64,000 nt of DNA from an uncultured Boseongicola sp. (GCA_964194555.1 CAXMMT010000050.1:5842-69841), one strand, 5' to 3'. Numbered from the stretch's first letter, positions 1 through 11,207 are shown. A program made the numbers and translations. The notes: generated by a model from the letters alone, not told the origin.

Positions 1-1
1 C

Positions 2-322
2 GGTCTCGTTGTCTCGATGCAGGACGAGAAGAGCCAGCTACAGAACAAGGAAAAGGCCTGGCGCGTTTTGCGAGCCCGGCTGCTTCAAGCCAGCCAGGAG
101 AAAGCGCAGGCCGAGTTGGCAGGGGAGCGCCGCACTCAAGTTGGTACCGGTGGTCGATCGGAGAAGATACGGACCTACAACTACAAGGGCAATCGGGTCA
201 CTGACCACCGCATCGGGTTGACCATTCGCCGCCTCGACCAGATACTCGAAGGAGCCCTTGACGGCTTTGTTGATGCGCTTGCCGCGGACGAACAGGCTCA
301 GCTTCTCACCAGGGGCGAGTGA
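2..322 (+). CDS. prfA: peptide chain release factor 1, C-terminal part (5' end lies outside the window)
   Basis: The frame is open from the window edge. The C-terminus is RF1-type ([27 protein letters not shown]). prmC follows, as in the conserved prfA-prmC pair. Confidence 0.85.
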   Translation, partial: GLVVSMQDEKSQLQNKEKAWRVLRARLLQASQEKAQAELAGERRTQVGTGGRSEKIRTYNYKGNRVTDHRIGLTIRRLDQILEGALDGFVDALAADEQAQLLTRGE

Positions 323-343
323 TCGGCTGTGGCCTGATCCTTT

Positions 344-745
344 CTAGGCGTCTTCGGTGCCCAATCCGGCTGCGAGTGAGTAGATGATCAGGATACCCAG
401 TGTGATGATCAGCAATGACCAGAATGGTGTGCCGTGCAGGAAGAACATGTGGCCGACAACTATCAATGATGCCCAGGCAATCCCTACCAGACGGGCCCAG
501 GTCCTCCCGTTCAGGATTCCCACCGAAGCTGCAATCTGCACAATGCCGAACACCAGGAGAAGCCAACCCCACGCGGTCGCGTCCACAAACAGGAGACCTT
601 CGTTCGTCAGCACGAGAAACTCGCTATTGAATAGCAAAAGAAGTCCGTAGATCAGGTTCATGGTTCCCATGATCCCGGCGAGGATTCCTCCGAATACGGC
701 AAGACCCGGATGCGAATATCCTGTGAACACGTCTGAATCTGTCAT
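344..745 (-). CDS. integral membrane protein of unknown function (about 4 TM helices)
   Basis: Strongly hydrophobic 133-151 aa ORF with no catalytic motif recognised. ATG 745 is preferred over ATG 799 as the start. Confidence 0.5.
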   Translation of the reverse strand: MTDSDVFTGYSHPGLAVFGGILAGIMGTMNLIYGLLLLFNSEFLVLTNEGLLFVDATAWGWLLLVFGIVQIAASVGILNGRTWARLVGIAWASLIVVGHMFFLHGTPFWSLLIITLGILIIYSLAAGLGTEDA

Positions 746-833
746 TGCTCTCCCAGATAGTTGGTCCAGAAATCTACCAGCCAATACCGTTTCAGGCATT
801 TAACGCCACCGAATGCGTCAGAAGGTGTAAGAC

Positions 834-1568
834 TTGGTAACGATGGACTCCATCCCGGAGCATGAACTCAGTCGCCTAGAGGCTCTGGCTAGGACCGATC
901 AGCCGTTGGAGATGCTCATCGAGCGAAGGAAGAACGGAGAGCCTCTTCAATACATCGAGGGAACCGCGGCTTTCGGGCCCCTCGAACTGCGGGTGGATGA
1001 CCGCGTGTTGATTCCCAGGCCGGAGACGGAGGGACTATTCGAGATCGCTTCTCGAATGGTACGCCACCCCGAGGTGATTCTGGATCTCTGCACCGGTTCC
1101 GGCGCCCTGGCCCTTGCCCTCAAGAACGAGTTTCCTGGAACATCGGTGTTTGCCACCGATATCTCCGAGGATGCGATCGACGTCGCCCTTACCAACAGAC
1201 ATGGGACAGGTCTCGATATCTACTTGGCAGTCGGTGACCTTTTCGACCCTTTGCCGGCGTCTTTGCTTGGTGAAGTCGACCTGGTGGTGGCCAATCCGCC
1301 ATACGTTTCAGAAGTCGACTTCCTGACGCTGCCCGATGATGTGCAGCGGGAGCCGAAGGTGGCCCTCGTCAGCGGCCCAACAGGGTTGGAGGTGATTCAA
1401 CGAATCGGCGTTTCGGTTGCCGAATGGTTGCGTCCCGGCGGGGTGGTGGTTTGCGAGATAGGCGAGAGCCAGGGTGTCTCCGCCAGTATCTGCTTCACCG
1501 ATCTCCCCGCAGTGGTGCGACAGGATATTGCAGGTCGCGATCGGTACGTGGTCGCAGTCAAGCCGTGA
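834..1568 (+). CDS. prmC: release factor glutamine N5-methyltransferase
   Basis: SAM motif I (LDLCTGSGALA) and the NPPY signature (VVANPPYV). It lies immediately downstream of prfA. Confidence 0.85.
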   Translation: MVTMDSIPEHELSRLEALARTDQPLEMLIERRKNGEPLQYIEGTAAFGPLELRVDDRVLIPRPETEGLFEIASRMVRHPEVILDLCTGSGALALALKNEFPGTSVFATDISEDAIDVALTNRHGTGLDIYLAVGDLFDPLPASLLGEVDLVVANPPYVSEVDFLTLPDDVQREPKVALVSGPTGLEVIQRIGVSVAEWLRPGGVVVCEIGESQGVSASICFTDLPAVVRQDIAGRDRYVVAVKP

Positions 1569-2122
1569 TCGAGGCGGCTGTAGAGGCCATTCACTCCAGT
1601 CAGGTCGTTGGGATTCCGACCGACACCGTCTACGGGCTCGCGGCCGACCCTCAAGAGCGGGAGGCGGTGAGTCGTCTCTTCGAGATCAAGGGGAGACCGG
1701 AGCACAAGCCGGTCGGCCTGCTGATTGCATCCGTGGAACAGGCAAAGAAAATTGGCGAGATCGACGGTGTGGGCGAAGAGTTAGCCAGAGCGCACTGGCC
1801 CGGCCCGCTGACGATGGTCGTCAAACCGAAGGTGGTTCTCTATGATTGGGTGGGTGACGCCTATCTTCGGACGGTCGGTATCAGGGTCCCGGATCACCCG
1901 GTGGCTCGCGAGCTGCTCGAGCGGATCGGCCCGCTCGTGGTCACATCGGCTAACCGATCCGGCGGTAAAGAGGTGATGAGTGATATCGAGGCGCGTCGCA
2001 TCTTTGGCGAAGAGGTTGCTGTTTACGTTGAAGGCCGGTGCCCCGGGGGAGAGGCGTCAACTGTTGTCGATGTCACAGGCGAGCACGCGGTGATTCTCCG
2101 GAAGGGACCCGTTTCGATCTGA
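1565..2122 (+). CDS. tsaC: L-threonylcarbamoyladenylate synthase (YrdC/Sua5 domain only)
   Basis: YrdC-domain motifs are present ([23 protein letters not shown]). GTG 1565 overlaps the prmC stop (GTGA). The 5' part of ORF 1424..2122 is just an alternative frame of prmC. Confidence 0.8.
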   Translation: MIEAAVEAIHSSQVVGIPTDTVYGLAADPQEREAVSRLFEIKGRPEHKPVGLLIASVEQAKKIGEIDGVGEELARAHWPGPLTMVVKPKVVLYDWVGDAYLRTVGIRVPDHPVARELLERIGPLVVTSANRSGGKEVMSDIEARRIFGEEVAVYVEGRCPGGEASTVVDVTGEHAVILRKGPVSI

Positions 2123-2138
2123 CGGTTACGCTCGTTCC

Positions 2139-3410
2139 ATGATTTCCATGGACACAATCGAGCAGGTTGATCCGGCAATTGCCGAACTCATTCGCAAGGA
2201 CCTCGAGCGGCAGAACACCCACATTCATCTCATCGCCTCGGAGAACTTTGCGTCTCCGGCAGTCATGACGGCATCCGGCTCGGTCTTCACCAACAAATAC
2301 GCCGAGGGTTATCCGGGCCGCCGCTATTACGAGGGCTGTCAGGTGGTCGATGAAATGGAGCAATTGACCATCGACCGCGCCAGGGCGTTGTTCGGGGCCG
2401 AGTACGTCAATGTCCAGACCCACTCGGGCGCCCAGGCAAACATGGCTGTCTACTTCTCTCTGCTCGAGCCGGGTGACACTGTGCTGGGGATGCGACTCGA
2501 CCACGGCGGCCATCTGACCCATGGCTCCCATGTCAACTTTTCCGGGCTCTACTACGACTTCGTCACCTATGGCGTCGACGCCGACACCGAGATCATCGAC
2601 ATGGTCGAGGTGCGTCGGTTGGCGCGGGAGCACAAGCCGAAAATCGTGCTGGCGGGTTACTCGGCCTATTCGCGGACACTCGATTATGAGGGTTTCAGGG
2701 AGATTGCCGAGGAGGTCGGCGCGGTCTTCATGGTCGATGCCGCCCATTTCATTGGCCTGGTCGCCGGCAAATCGCACCCTTCGCCGGTGCCTTTCGCCGA
2801 TGTGGTGACCGGCACCACACACAAGGCCCTGCGTGGCCCACGCGGCGGGCTGATCCTTGGGAAGGAAGAGTTCGGTCAGGCGATCAACAAGGCGGTGTTT
2901 CCCAACGTTCAGGGTGGACCGATCGAATCCCAGGTGGCGGCCAAAGCGGTTTGTTTTCATGAGGCGCTACAACCGGCGTTTCACGACTACACATCCCAGA
3001 TCGTCGCCAACGCCCGGGCCATGGCGGAGACCGTCCAGTCCGAGGGAATCCGCGTTGTCTCCGGAGGCACCGACAATCACCTCTTTCTCATCGACCTGCG
3101 GTCTGTAGACGAGGATTTGACCGGCAAGGAGGCGGCCAAGATGCTCGACGGGGTGGGCATCACGCTCAACTTCAACACGATTCCGAACGATCCCCGGCCG
3201 CCGTTCCGGGCATCAGGTTTGCGTGTCGGCACTCCCGCCATGACGACGCAGGGCATGAAGCAAGCCCAGGCTTCTGAGGTCGCATCGCTCATCTCCAGGG
3301 CCTTGAAAGAAAGGGACGACGAGGCTGCGCTCACCGAGGTTGCCGGGAGAGTTACGGATCTGGCGGCTGAGTTCACGCCGTATCCAACCGATTTCTCCGG
3401 TCACGTTTAG
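2139..3410 (+). CDS. glyA: serine hydroxymethyltransferase
   Basis: Full-length SHMT with the PLP-lysine motif [14 protein letters not shown] and [11 protein letters not shown]. Confidence 0.95.
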   Translation: MISMDTIEQVDPAIAELIRKDLERQNTHIHLIASENFASPAVMTASGSVFTNKYAEGYPGRRYYEGCQVVDEMEQLTIDRARALFGAEYVNVQTHSGAQANMAVYFSLLEPGDTVLGMRLDHGGHLTHGSHVNFSGLYYDFVTYGVDADTEIIDMVEVRRLAREHKPKIVLAGYSAYSRTLDYEGFREIAEEVGAVFMVDAAHFIGLVAGKSHPSPVPFADVVTGTTHKALRGPRGGLILGKEEFGQAINKAVFPNVQGGPIESQVAAKAVCFHEALQPAFHDYTSQIVANARAMAETVQSEGIRVVSGGTDNHLFLIDLRSVDEDLTGKEAAKMLDGVGITLNFNTIPNDPRPPFRASGLRVGTPAMTTQGMKQAQASEVASLISRALKERDDEAALTEVAGRVTDLAAEFTPYPTDFSGHV

Positions 3411-3434
3411 ACCACCGCGCGTAAGATTCGTCAT

Positions 3435-4355
3435 ATGCGAATCGGCCTCATCAACCAGATCCACGGTGGGCCGGACGGTGCTCAACCGGCCCCAACCTGG
3501 GAGTCCATCTCAACTAGAGCCGTTGCCGCCGAGGCTGCCGGGTTTGACATCTTCGTGTTCGAAGATGCGCTTCTCTACCGTGGGGAAGAAGACACCGACG
3601 GCGTCTGGGAGTCGGTTTCAATCGCGGCCGCATTGGCCGCAACCACTAAGCGGATTCGGATCGGACAATCGGTGATCAACTCCCCATACCGATCGCCGGC
3701 ATTGGTTGCGAGCATCGCTACCACACTCGATGAGATCTCAGGAGGACGGTATGTGCTGGGTATCGGAGCGGGCAACACTTTCGATTCGGACTATGAGGCC
3801 TTCGGGTTCCCAACCGATAAGCGTTACTCGCGTTTTGCCGAGGCGATACAGATCATTCATGGCCTGCTGAAGATTGGCCAAATCGATTTCGAGGGCGAGT
3901 TCTACACGGTCAAGGAGGGTGAGTTGGTGCTTCGCGGCCCCAGTCCTGCCGGCCCACAAATCAACATTGCTGGAGGAGGGCCGAAGATGTTGGAACTTGT
4001 CGCCAAATACGCAGACGAATGGAACTGGTGGGGGTGGGACGAGACATTCGATGAGATTCAGATCAGGCTGGATCCGATCATCGAGGCTCTTGTGCTCGCT
4101 TGTGAAGAAGAGGGGAGAGACCCGTTGAAGTTGGTGCGCACGTTCGATCTTTACACCTTGGTACCAGAAGGCTTCAGTGCCGAGGGTTCAGGCTTGGAGC
4201 ATCCGGTTTCGGGCACCTCGAATCAGGTCGCCGAATTTCTCCTGGCGTTGGGTGAGCTGGGGTTCGCCGAAATCCGATGTGATGTCTTCCCGAGGACGAT
4301 CGAGGCGATCGAAGCGATGCAGCCGGTAGTGGAGTTGGTGAACAGCGAGGGTTGA
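3435..4355 (+). CDS. LLM-class (luciferase-like) flavin/F420-dependent oxidoreductase
   Basis: 306-aa sequence with luciferase-like monooxygenase family character. This is a family-level call only. Confidence 0.7.
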   Translation: MRIGLINQIHGGPDGAQPAPTWESISTRAVAAEAAGFDIFVFEDALLYRGEEDTDGVWESVSIAAALAATTKRIRIGQSVINSPYRSPALVASIATTLDEISGGRYVLGIGAGNTFDSDYEAFGFPTDKRYSRFAEAIQIIHGLLKIGQIDFEGEFYTVKEGELVLRGPSPAGPQINIAGGGPKMLELVAKYADEWNWWGWDETFDEIQIRLDPIIEALVLACEEEGRDPLKLVRTFDLYTLVPEGFSAEGSGLEHPVSGTSNQVAEFLLALGELGFAEIRCDVFPRTIEAIEAMQPVVELVNSEG

Positions 4356-4518
4356 TGCCCGGGTCTCTATGGCCGGCGAGATTCTGTGCATGACTTGCGA
4401 CTCAGGACACTTAGGGCTGGTCCAGATGTTCTGACCATCAATGCGTTTGTGTAGCCATCCGTGGTCTTTGAGGATGTGGTCGTGTCGGCATTTGGGCCCA
4501 CCGTTGCAACTTGACGTC

Positions 4519-5784
4519 TCACCACCGTCGTTCCAGGGGGAGCAGATGGTCGAAGTCGCAGTCTTTGGCTGGCATCTGACAACCCACAAACGAACATGTC
4601 GGCTGGGTGGTCTCGATGTATCGTGTCAGGGCACTGGTAGGTCGTCTTGCAGTTGTGACGATGTCGATGACCTGACCGTCGTTGTCGGTGACGACCGCTC
4701 GCCATTCGGCTTTCTGCTGGCTATCGGCAACCTTGCGGGCGACATCGGCGATGACCGGGCCCATGCCGGCGATATCGGCGGCATTGTCGTCGAGACCGGC
4801 GAGTGTTGTGAGATCGACCCGGATATCAACGAGGCCTCGGCCGCCCACGGTCGGGTCGGATCCGAGAACCATGTCGATGGCGATGTCAGCTCGCATCTGG
4901 TCGTGAGTCCTGTTGTCGCCATCTTTCTTGAGTGAAATCATGTAGCTGTTGACCCGGCGTCCGATTGCCTTTGCCTGATCTATGGGGATATCGAGTAGGT
5001 GGACATTGCCTGTACCGTCGACCGTCTGCTCGATCCAGAGCAGACGTTGCTCGATGGCATGCTCGTAGCGCTTCTTCGATTCTTCGGGATCAGTCTGAAT
5101 ACAGAGCTTGTGGATCCATGCCCGCAGTTGACCGGTGGTGAGTCTGGGAGCGCGGCCAGCGATCTCATCGACAATGGTGGCTGCATCTGACTCGGGTAGG
5201 TGCTCGGTTCCATCGATGATGACCCGAGCTCGCGGCCAATCAATGAGACCCTGGTCGAGCATCTCCCAGACCCGGGGGAGTCGTTCGACGAGGTCGCTGG
5301 CCTCGGACAGGCGACTTTCAGCGGCCCGGCGGGTCATGGTGAGCGCAGCCCGGATCTCGTCGGAGGCAAACTCTGCCGCCTCCTCGATTCGCTCAGCGGA
5401 CGATTCGGCGTTTCCCGGGGCCGAGTAGGAGATTTCGACGGCATCGGCCATCGATCCTGCCTGATGATGCGAAACCTGACGTTCTTGAGCGACCATGGTG
5501 CGAACCAGGTCGTGTCCGTTGAGTTTCGACCGGTCGACTCGAGTCAGGGCCATAGAGAGGAGGGGGCCCGGGGGAATGCGATCAAAACCGATGGGGAGTT
5601 GATGAATGTCGGCAACGGGGGAGTCTTGGGCGCCCGCCTCTTGGGTCAACCGGTAGACCAGATCATCAAACCCGTCGTCGAAAAGAGAGTCATATTCGTC
5701 GGTCTCCCCCGCCAAGAGTCCGACACCAGAAGCCTGAGCATCGAACATATGTTCGACTGTACCCAAGGCTCCGCCACAAGTCAA
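4519..5784 (-). pseudogene. DUF222 / HNH endonuclease family gene, frameshifted inside the HNH motif
   Basis: The DUF222-type body ends ..CDFDHLLPLERRW*. The rest of the HNH motif (PWNDGGETSSCNGGPKCRHDHILKDHGW) continues in ORF 4188..4589 in another frame. The shift maps to the G5 run at 4536..4540. The start may be ATG 5748 rather than TTG 5784. Confidence 0.7.
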
Positions 5785-5899
5785 GAGACTTCTTTCAAGC
5801 GATGGTCCAAAGAGGCGGGCAAGACGACTGTCCTCGGTCAGTCCGGCCCGCTACCCTTTGCTAGCTTCGATTTTGCCTATCCGATTGCCGTCCATAACC

Positions 5900-5919
5900 T
5901 TTGTGAAGCCGTTCACAAA
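5900..5919. promoter_or_regulatory. CRP/FNR-family binding-site-like palindrome upstream of the atp operon
   Basis: TTTGTGAAGCCGTTCACAAA has 8+8 perfectly inverted arms and contains an exact TGTGA-N6-TCACA. It ends 10 nt before the first atp-operon start (GTG 5929). Confidence 0.5.
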
Positions 5920-5928
5920 CGAGTCCCT

Positions 5929-6165
5929 GTGAAACAACCACGAACAACAAGTCAGGTCGCCGGTGCCATCAATGATGGATGGCTCGAGGGTGGTTCGTTC
6001 GTCTCTTCGATACTCGCCGGCACATTGCTGGGTCTTCTCGCCGACAATTGGCTGGGTACCGATCCATGGTTGGTCGTCATAGGGATAATCGTGGGCGCCT
6101 ACTCAGGTTTTGTCAGAGTTTGGCGGTACTCGATAAAGATGGAAGAGGACCCGCGTGAGCGTTGA
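5929..6165 (+). CDS. AtpZ/AtpI-family small membrane protein (F0F1-ATPase-associated)
   Basis: Two TM helices with a ..LLGLLADNWLGTDPWLVVIGIIVGAYSGF.. pattern typical of the small protein preceding atp operons. GTG 5929 is the first plausible in-frame start. The upstream part of ORF 5200..6165 is antisense to the HNH gene. Confidence 0.55.
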   Translation: MKQPRTTSQVAGAINDGWLEGGSFVSSILAGTLLGLLADNWLGTDPWLVVIGIIVGAYSGFVRVWRYSIKMEEDPRER

Positions 6166-6568
6166 GAACCTGACGCCGGTGGAGAGCATCCTGGCGCGTC
6201 ACACCGTTGCACGGGTTGTCTACGTGGGACCCGTCCTCGTTGGTCTCTTCGCCATCACCGGGGGCTGGACCGGGGCGTGGAGCGCTGCTCTGGGCCTGGC
6301 CGTTGTCATAGCCAACTTTCTGCTTGCTGGCGCCATTCTCTCGATTTCGGCAAGGATCAGCCTTCAGGCTTATCATGCCGCCGCCCTGATTGGCTTCATC
6401 CTGCGACTGGGCTTGTTCGCCGGGGCTGTCTATCTGATAGCGGCACTGGTGGATGTTGACCGATTGGCCTTCGGGATCTCAGCGGTGGTCGGATACCTCA
6501 CGCTGCTGATCATCGAAGCGATCGCTGTCTCCAAAGGGAAAGAAAGGGACCTGAGTTGGACCAACTGA
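6155..6568 (+). CDS. atpI: ATP synthase protein I-like membrane protein
   Basis: 137-aa protein with 4 TM helices, directly upstream of and overlapping atpB. Confidence 0.6.
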   Translation: MSVENLTPVESILARHTVARVVYVGPVLVGLFAITGGWTGAWSAALGLAVVIANFLLAGAILSISARISLQAYHAAALIGFILRLGLFAGAVYLIAALVDVDRLAFGISAVVGYLTLLIIEAIAVSKGKERDLSWTN

Positions 6569-7374
6569 TTCTGGCTAGCGAAGAGTGCGACGTAGTCAAC
6601 GAGGTCATCTGTGCCCCCGCCGACGTCAAAGAGCTGTTCGAGTTCACCGACGTGATCTTCAGCATCGGTCCTCTGGGCTTCACTCGAACCATCATCTTGT
6701 TCTTCCTGGCAGCCTTCGTCGTTGTCGGTCTTCTTTACTTCGGGCTCCGCAAACGACGGATGGTCCCATCGAAGTTCGGTGTGGTCATCGAATCACTCCT
6801 CGACTTCGTCAAGAACGGCATCGCCAAGGACATCATCGGACCGGAGGGCGCGAGGTACGTCCCCTATCTGACAGCCATCTTCCTTTTCATACTCGTCGGC
6901 AACCTCTTCGAGGTGACTCCGCTGATCAACTTCCCGATCACGTCGCGAATGGCTATCCCCGCCTTTCTGGCCATCGTCACATATGTGATCTTCGTCTTCA
7001 TCGGGTTCGGGAAGAACAAGTTTCGCTATCTGGCAGACACTGTCTGGCCAAAACACGTCCCGATCGGTCTGAGATGGCTCGTCGGGCTCATCGAGCTGGT
7101 CTCGATCTTCCTGCTCCGACCCTTCACGCTGGCCGTCCGGCTGTTTGCCAACATGGTGGCGGGTCACCTGATGCTGACCCTCCTGCTCGGGTCTGGCGTT
7201 ATCTTCCTCTCGGCGTTCCCCGAAATCGGGCTCAAGGCTCTCGTCGGAATCCCCTGGTTTGCCCTCGGGCTTGGGATTTATCTGTTCGAGATCGTGGTCT
7301 CGGTCCTGCAGGCATACATATTCACTCTGCTGTCGGCGGTTTACATCCAGTCGTCAGTCCACTTCGAGCACTAA
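6556..7374 (+). CDS. atpB: F0F1 ATP synthase subunit a
   Basis: Polytopic membrane protein with the conserved LAVRLFANMVAGH motif carrying the essential Arg. Operon context supports the call. Confidence 0.9.
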   Translation: MDQLILASEECDVVNEVICAPADVKELFEFTDVIFSIGPLGFTRTIILFFLAAFVVVGLLYFGLRKRRMVPSKFGVVIESLLDFVKNGIAKDIIGPEGARYVPYLTAIFLFILVGNLFEVTPLINFPITSRMAIPAFLAIVTYVIFVFIGFGKNKFRYLADTVWPKHVPIGLRWLVGLIELVSIFLLRPFTLAVRLFANMVAGHLMLTLLLGSGVIFLSAFPEIGLKALVGIPWFALGLGIYLFEIVVSVLQAYIFTLLSAVYIQSSVHFEH

Positions 7375-7608
<234 letters not shown>

Positions 7609-7618
7609 AGGTCAAAAG

Positions 7619-8167
7619 ATGCAGTTTCTGATCGCCACAATCCTTTATCAGGAGGAGGGGGAGTCCAGCTCCAACGTGAGTCTGGTTCTCCCCGAGACGG
7701 CTGAGCTCATCGCCGGGATCATCGCCTTTGCGATCGTCTTCTTCTTTGTCTGGAAGTGGGCTCTTCCCACCCTGAACAAGACTCTCGAAACCCGCCAGCT
7801 TGCCGTGTCCGGCGAACTGGCCGGTGCGGAGAAGGCGAAAGTCGAGGCCGAGAGTCTTCTTTCGGATTACAGGTCACAGCTTGCTGAGGCCAAGTCCGAG
7901 GGAAACAGGATTCTCGAAGATGCCCGTGTTTCTGCAGAGCAGTTGAAGGCAGACCTTCTGTCCAGGGCGGAGACCGATGCGGAAAACATCCGCAGCAAGG
8001 CTCGTGATGACGCATCTGCCGAGAAGTCTCGTGCTTTGGCCGAGGCGCGAACCCAGGTGGGCGACATCTCGGTGGACCTCGCCGGGAAGATCGTCGGCGA
8101 GGCACTGGACTCCGATGCCCACCAGGCCCTGATCGACCGCTACCTGGCCGACCTGGAGAAACTTTAA
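7619..8167 (+). CDS. atpF: F0F1 ATP synthase subunit b
   Basis: One N-terminal TM helix followed by a long charged coiled coil. Operon position supports the call. Confidence 0.85.
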   Translation: MQFLIATILYQEEGESSSNVSLVLPETAELIAGIIAFAIVFFFVWKWALPTLNKTLETRQLAVSGELAGAEKAKVEAESLLSDYRSQLAEAKSEGNRILEDARVSAEQLKADLLSRAETDAENIRSKARDDASAEKSRALAEARTQVGDISVDLAGKIVGEALDSDAHQALIDRYLADLEKL

Positions 8168-8185
8168 GTGCTGGGGGGCAACTAG

Positions 8186-8716
8186 GTGACCGACCGTATC
8201 ACCGGATACGCCAATGGCATCTTCGAGCTCGCCAGGGCCGAAGGCGAGTTGGAGCGCGTCGAAAACGAGTTGTTCATCATCGCCCAGGCACTCGATGACT
8301 CGCCCGAGCTCCGATCGACCTTGACCGACCCCCAATTGCCCATGGAGAGAAAGCAGGCGCTGGTCGAGGACCTCATTGGTGGGCGGGCGTCTTCGCTCAG
8401 TTTGGATCTCGTTCAACTGATCGTTAGTCAGGGTCGTGCATCGGAGTTATCCGACATCGCCAGAGCCGTGGTCGAAGCCGCCGCCGCTTCCCGCGACAAG
8501 GCGGTGGCAGAGGTCCGTTCCGCGGTCCCACTCGATGCAGACACAATCGAGCGCTTGGCCTCTGCCCTGGGAAGAGCAACCGGAAAGAGTGTTGAAGTCA
8601 AAGTAGTTGTCGATGAGTCGGTCATCGGAGGCATCGTTGCCCGGGTGGGCGACACCGTGATCGATGGATCGTTGGCACGCCGAGTCGACTCGCTGCGACA
8701 GGCCGTAGAGAGCTAG
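8186..8716 (+). CDS. atpH: F0F1 ATP synthase subunit delta
   Basis: OSCP/delta-like 176-aa protein with a GTG start, located between atpF and atpA. Confidence 0.85.
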   Translation: MTDRITGYANGIFELARAEGELERVENELFIIAQALDDSPELRSTLTDPQLPMERKQALVEDLIGGRASSLSLDLVQLIVSQGRASELSDIARAVVEAAAASRDKAVAEVRSAVPLDADTIERLASALGRATGKSVEVKVVVDESVIGGIVARVGDTVIDGSLARRVDSLRQAVES

Positions 8717-8756
8717 GAGACAGTTGTGAAACCATGTCACGCATCCAAGGAGATAC

Positions 8757-10298
8757 ATGTCTGATTTGACCATCACCGCCGATCAGATCACCTCGTCGAT
8801 CCGCGCCCAGATCGAAGACTGGGAGCCCGAGATCGACAAGGAGACAGTCGGCTATGTGAAGTCGATTGCCGACGGAGTCGCCCGAGTCGAGGGTCTGCCT
8901 AATGCGATGGCCTCCGAACTGTTGGAATTTCCCGGTGGTCTCATCGGAGTCGCTCTGAACATCGACGAAGATGACCTTGGCGTCGTCTTCCTCGGTGAGT
9001 ACACCCACATCGAAGAAGGCAATGCCGTCAAGCAGACGGGCAAGGTTCTCTCTGTGCCTGTTGGCGATGCTCTCCTTGGTCGTGTCATCGACCCCCTCGG
9101 AAATCCGATCGACGCCAAGGGAACCATCGAGACCACCGAGCGCCGTCTTCTCGAGACCCAGGCCCCTTCCGTCGTTGAGCGCCAGCCTGTTACGGAACCG
9201 CTTCAAACCGGAATCAAGACCATCGACTCGATGACCCCGATCGGTCGTGGCCAGCGTCAGTTGATCATTGGCGACCGTCAAACGGGCAAGACCGCTCTGC
9301 TTGTCGACACCATCATCAACCAGAAGCAGTATTGGGGCACCGACCAGGCCGTCAAGTGCATCTACGTCGCCATTGGCCAGAAGGCCTCCACGGTGGCCGA
9401 GGTTGTCCAGACACTCGAAGAGCACGGTGCAATGGAGTACACGGTCGTGGTCAACGCCGCGGCGTCAGATGCTGCGGCTTTGCAGATGTACGCGCCCTAC
9501 GCCGGATCGGCGATCGGCCAGCATTGGATGTATAAAGGCGAGCACGCCTTGATCATGTTCGACGATCTCTCCAAGCAGGCCGTTGCTTATCGAGAGATCT
9601 CCCTGCTGCTGCGCCGGCCTCCCGGTCGTGAGGCCTATCCAGGTGATGTCTTCTATCTCCATAGCCGTCTTCTAGAACGTTGCGCCAAGCTGTCCGATGA
9701 GCTCGGCGCCGGCTCGCTGACCGGTCTTCCTGTCATCGAGACCAAGGCCGATGACATTTCTGCGTACATTCCGACCAACGTCATTTCGATCACCGATGGA
9801 CAGTGCTTCCTCAAGACCGATCTGTTCTTCCAGGGGGTGCGCCCGGCCATGGACGCCGGCGAGTCTGTTTCCCGGGTCGGTGGCGCTGCTCAGATCAGTG
9901 CCATGAAGAAGATCGCCGGTCCATTGCGTCTCAACCTTGCCCAGTTCCGTGAGCTCGCGGCCTTCGCAGAGTTCGGTTCCGAGCTTGACGCGGCTTCGCT
10001 CGCCCAGCTGGAACGCGGACGTCGAGTCGTCGAAGTTCTCAAGCAGCCCCAATACGCACCGGTGCCTGTGGAGGAGCAGGTTCTGACTCTGTTCGCGGTG
10101 ACCGAGGGTCACATGGATGACATATCGGTTGGAGACATTCGTCGATTCGATACCGAGCTAAGGGAGCACTTCCGGACCCGTCATACCAATGTCCTGGCCA
10201 CCATCTCGGAGACCGGGAAGCTGCCCGAGGGTGATGACATGGTCGAAGGCATTGACGCCTTCAAAGAGATCTTCGAAGGCTCTGAAACGGCTGAATAG
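8757..10298 (+). CDS. atpA: F0F1 ATP synthase subunit alpha
   Basis: Walker A motif GDRQTGKT and full-length alpha-subunit similarity. Confidence 0.97.
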   Translation: MSDLTITADQITSSIRAQIEDWEPEIDKETVGYVKSIADGVARVEGLPNAMASELLEFPGGLIGVALNIDEDDLGVVFLGEYTHIEEGNAVKQTGKVLSVPVGDALLGRVIDPLGNPIDAKGTIETTERRLLETQAPSVVERQPVTEPLQTGIKTIDSMTPIGRGQRQLIIGDRQTGKTALLVDTIINQKQYWGTDQAVKCIYVAIGQKASTVAEVVQTLEEHGAMEYTVVVNAAASDAAALQMYAPYAGSAIGQHWMYKGEHALIMFDDLSKQAVAYREISLLLRRPPGREAYPGDVFYLHSRLLERCAKLSDELGAGSLTGLPVIETKADDISAYIPTNVISITDGQCFLKTDLFFQGVRPAMDAGESVSRVGGAAQISAMKKIAGPLRLNLAQFRELAAFAEFGSELDAASLAQLERGRRVVEVLKQPQYAPVPVEEQVLTLFAVTEGHMDDISVGDIRRFDTELREHFRTRHTNVLATISETGKLPEGDDMVEGIDAFKEIFEGSETAE

Positions 10299-11179
10299 TG
10301 GCCAGCGCCCAGCTTCGTGACACCCGACGTCGGATCAAGAGCGTTGAGGCGACCAAGAAGATCACTCGTGCCATGGAGCTGATTGCTGCCAGTCGCATCC
10401 CCAAGGCCCAAGCCCGTGTTTATGGTTCCAAGCCTTATACGGCAAAGCTGATCGAGGTCATCGAGAATGTCGGCGCGGGAGGTGCCGGAGGCGGGCACAA
10501 GCTTCTCGAGCGTCGGGAACAAAAGAACGTTGGGCTGCTGATTGTCTCGTCCGACCGTGGATTGGCCGGGGCCTACGCATCGAGCATCATTCGTCTGGCG
10601 GAGACTCGCGTGTTCGAGTTGGAGCGAGAGGGCAAAGACGTAATCATCTACGCGATAGGCAAGAAAGCCTTGTCCTTCTTCCGCTATCGCGACTATCACA
10701 TCGAACAGGCCTACCTCGGAGTCACCGACACACCTGGATACGGGAATGCCCGCGCTGTCGGCAACCGGGTCATGGAGGATTACGCCGTCGAGCGCATCGA
10801 CGCACTCGAAGCGTTCTACACGAGGTTCCAGTCGGCCATGACACAAGTGGCGACACATCAAGAGGTGCTCCCGATCGCCCCGCCGGAGATGGCGGAAGGA
10901 GAAGGAGCGATTCAAGTCTCCTATGGGTTCGAGCCATCACCCGAGGAGATCCTCAACCGACTTCTTCCCCGGTATGTGGAAGCCATCATCTTCAACATGT
11001 TGCTCGAATCGTCGGCTTCGGAGCACAGTGCCCGACGCCGGGCGATGAAGGCTGCAACCGACAATGCGGAGGAGCTGATCAAGAATCTGACGGTCCAGGC
11101 CAACCGGGCCCGCCAGGCCGAGATCACAACAGCCATCACCGAGATTGTCGGTGGCGCCGAAGCTTTGGTGGAGTCCTGA
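10298..11179 (+). CDS. atpG: F0F1 ATP synthase subunit gamma
   Basis: Gamma-type N- and C-terminal helices (..ITRAMELIAASR.., ..ITTAITEIVGGAEAL). The GTG start overlaps the atpA stop. Confidence 0.95.
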   Translation: MASAQLRDTRRRIKSVEATKKITRAMELIAASRIPKAQARVYGSKPYTAKLIEVIENVGAGGAGGGHKLLERREQKNVGLLIVSSDRGLAGAYASSIIRLAETRVFELEREGKDVIIYAIGKKALSFFRYRDYHIEQAYLGVTDTPGYGNARAVGNRVMEDYAVERIDALEAFYTRFQSAMTQVATHQEVLPIAPPEMAEGEGAIQVSYGFEPSPEEILNRLLPRYVEAIIFNMLLESSASEHSARRRAMKAATDNAEELIKNLTVQANRARQAEITTAITEIVGGAEALVES

Positions 11180-11207
11180 TGGACCCCGCGACCAACATTC
11201 GGGCTGA

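Noticed and set aside
2073-2960. 295-aa ORF antisense to glyA
   Set aside because: It is a shadow ORF of a GC-rich gene with Arg/Gly/His-rich low-complexity translation. The + strand encodes an unmistakable SHMT.
5200-5928. 5' two-thirds of the 321-aa ORF 5200..6165
   Set aside because: This part is antisense to the DUF222/HNH gene and has no protein-like features. Only the last ~78 codons (from GTG 5929) look like a real AtpZ-like membrane protein.
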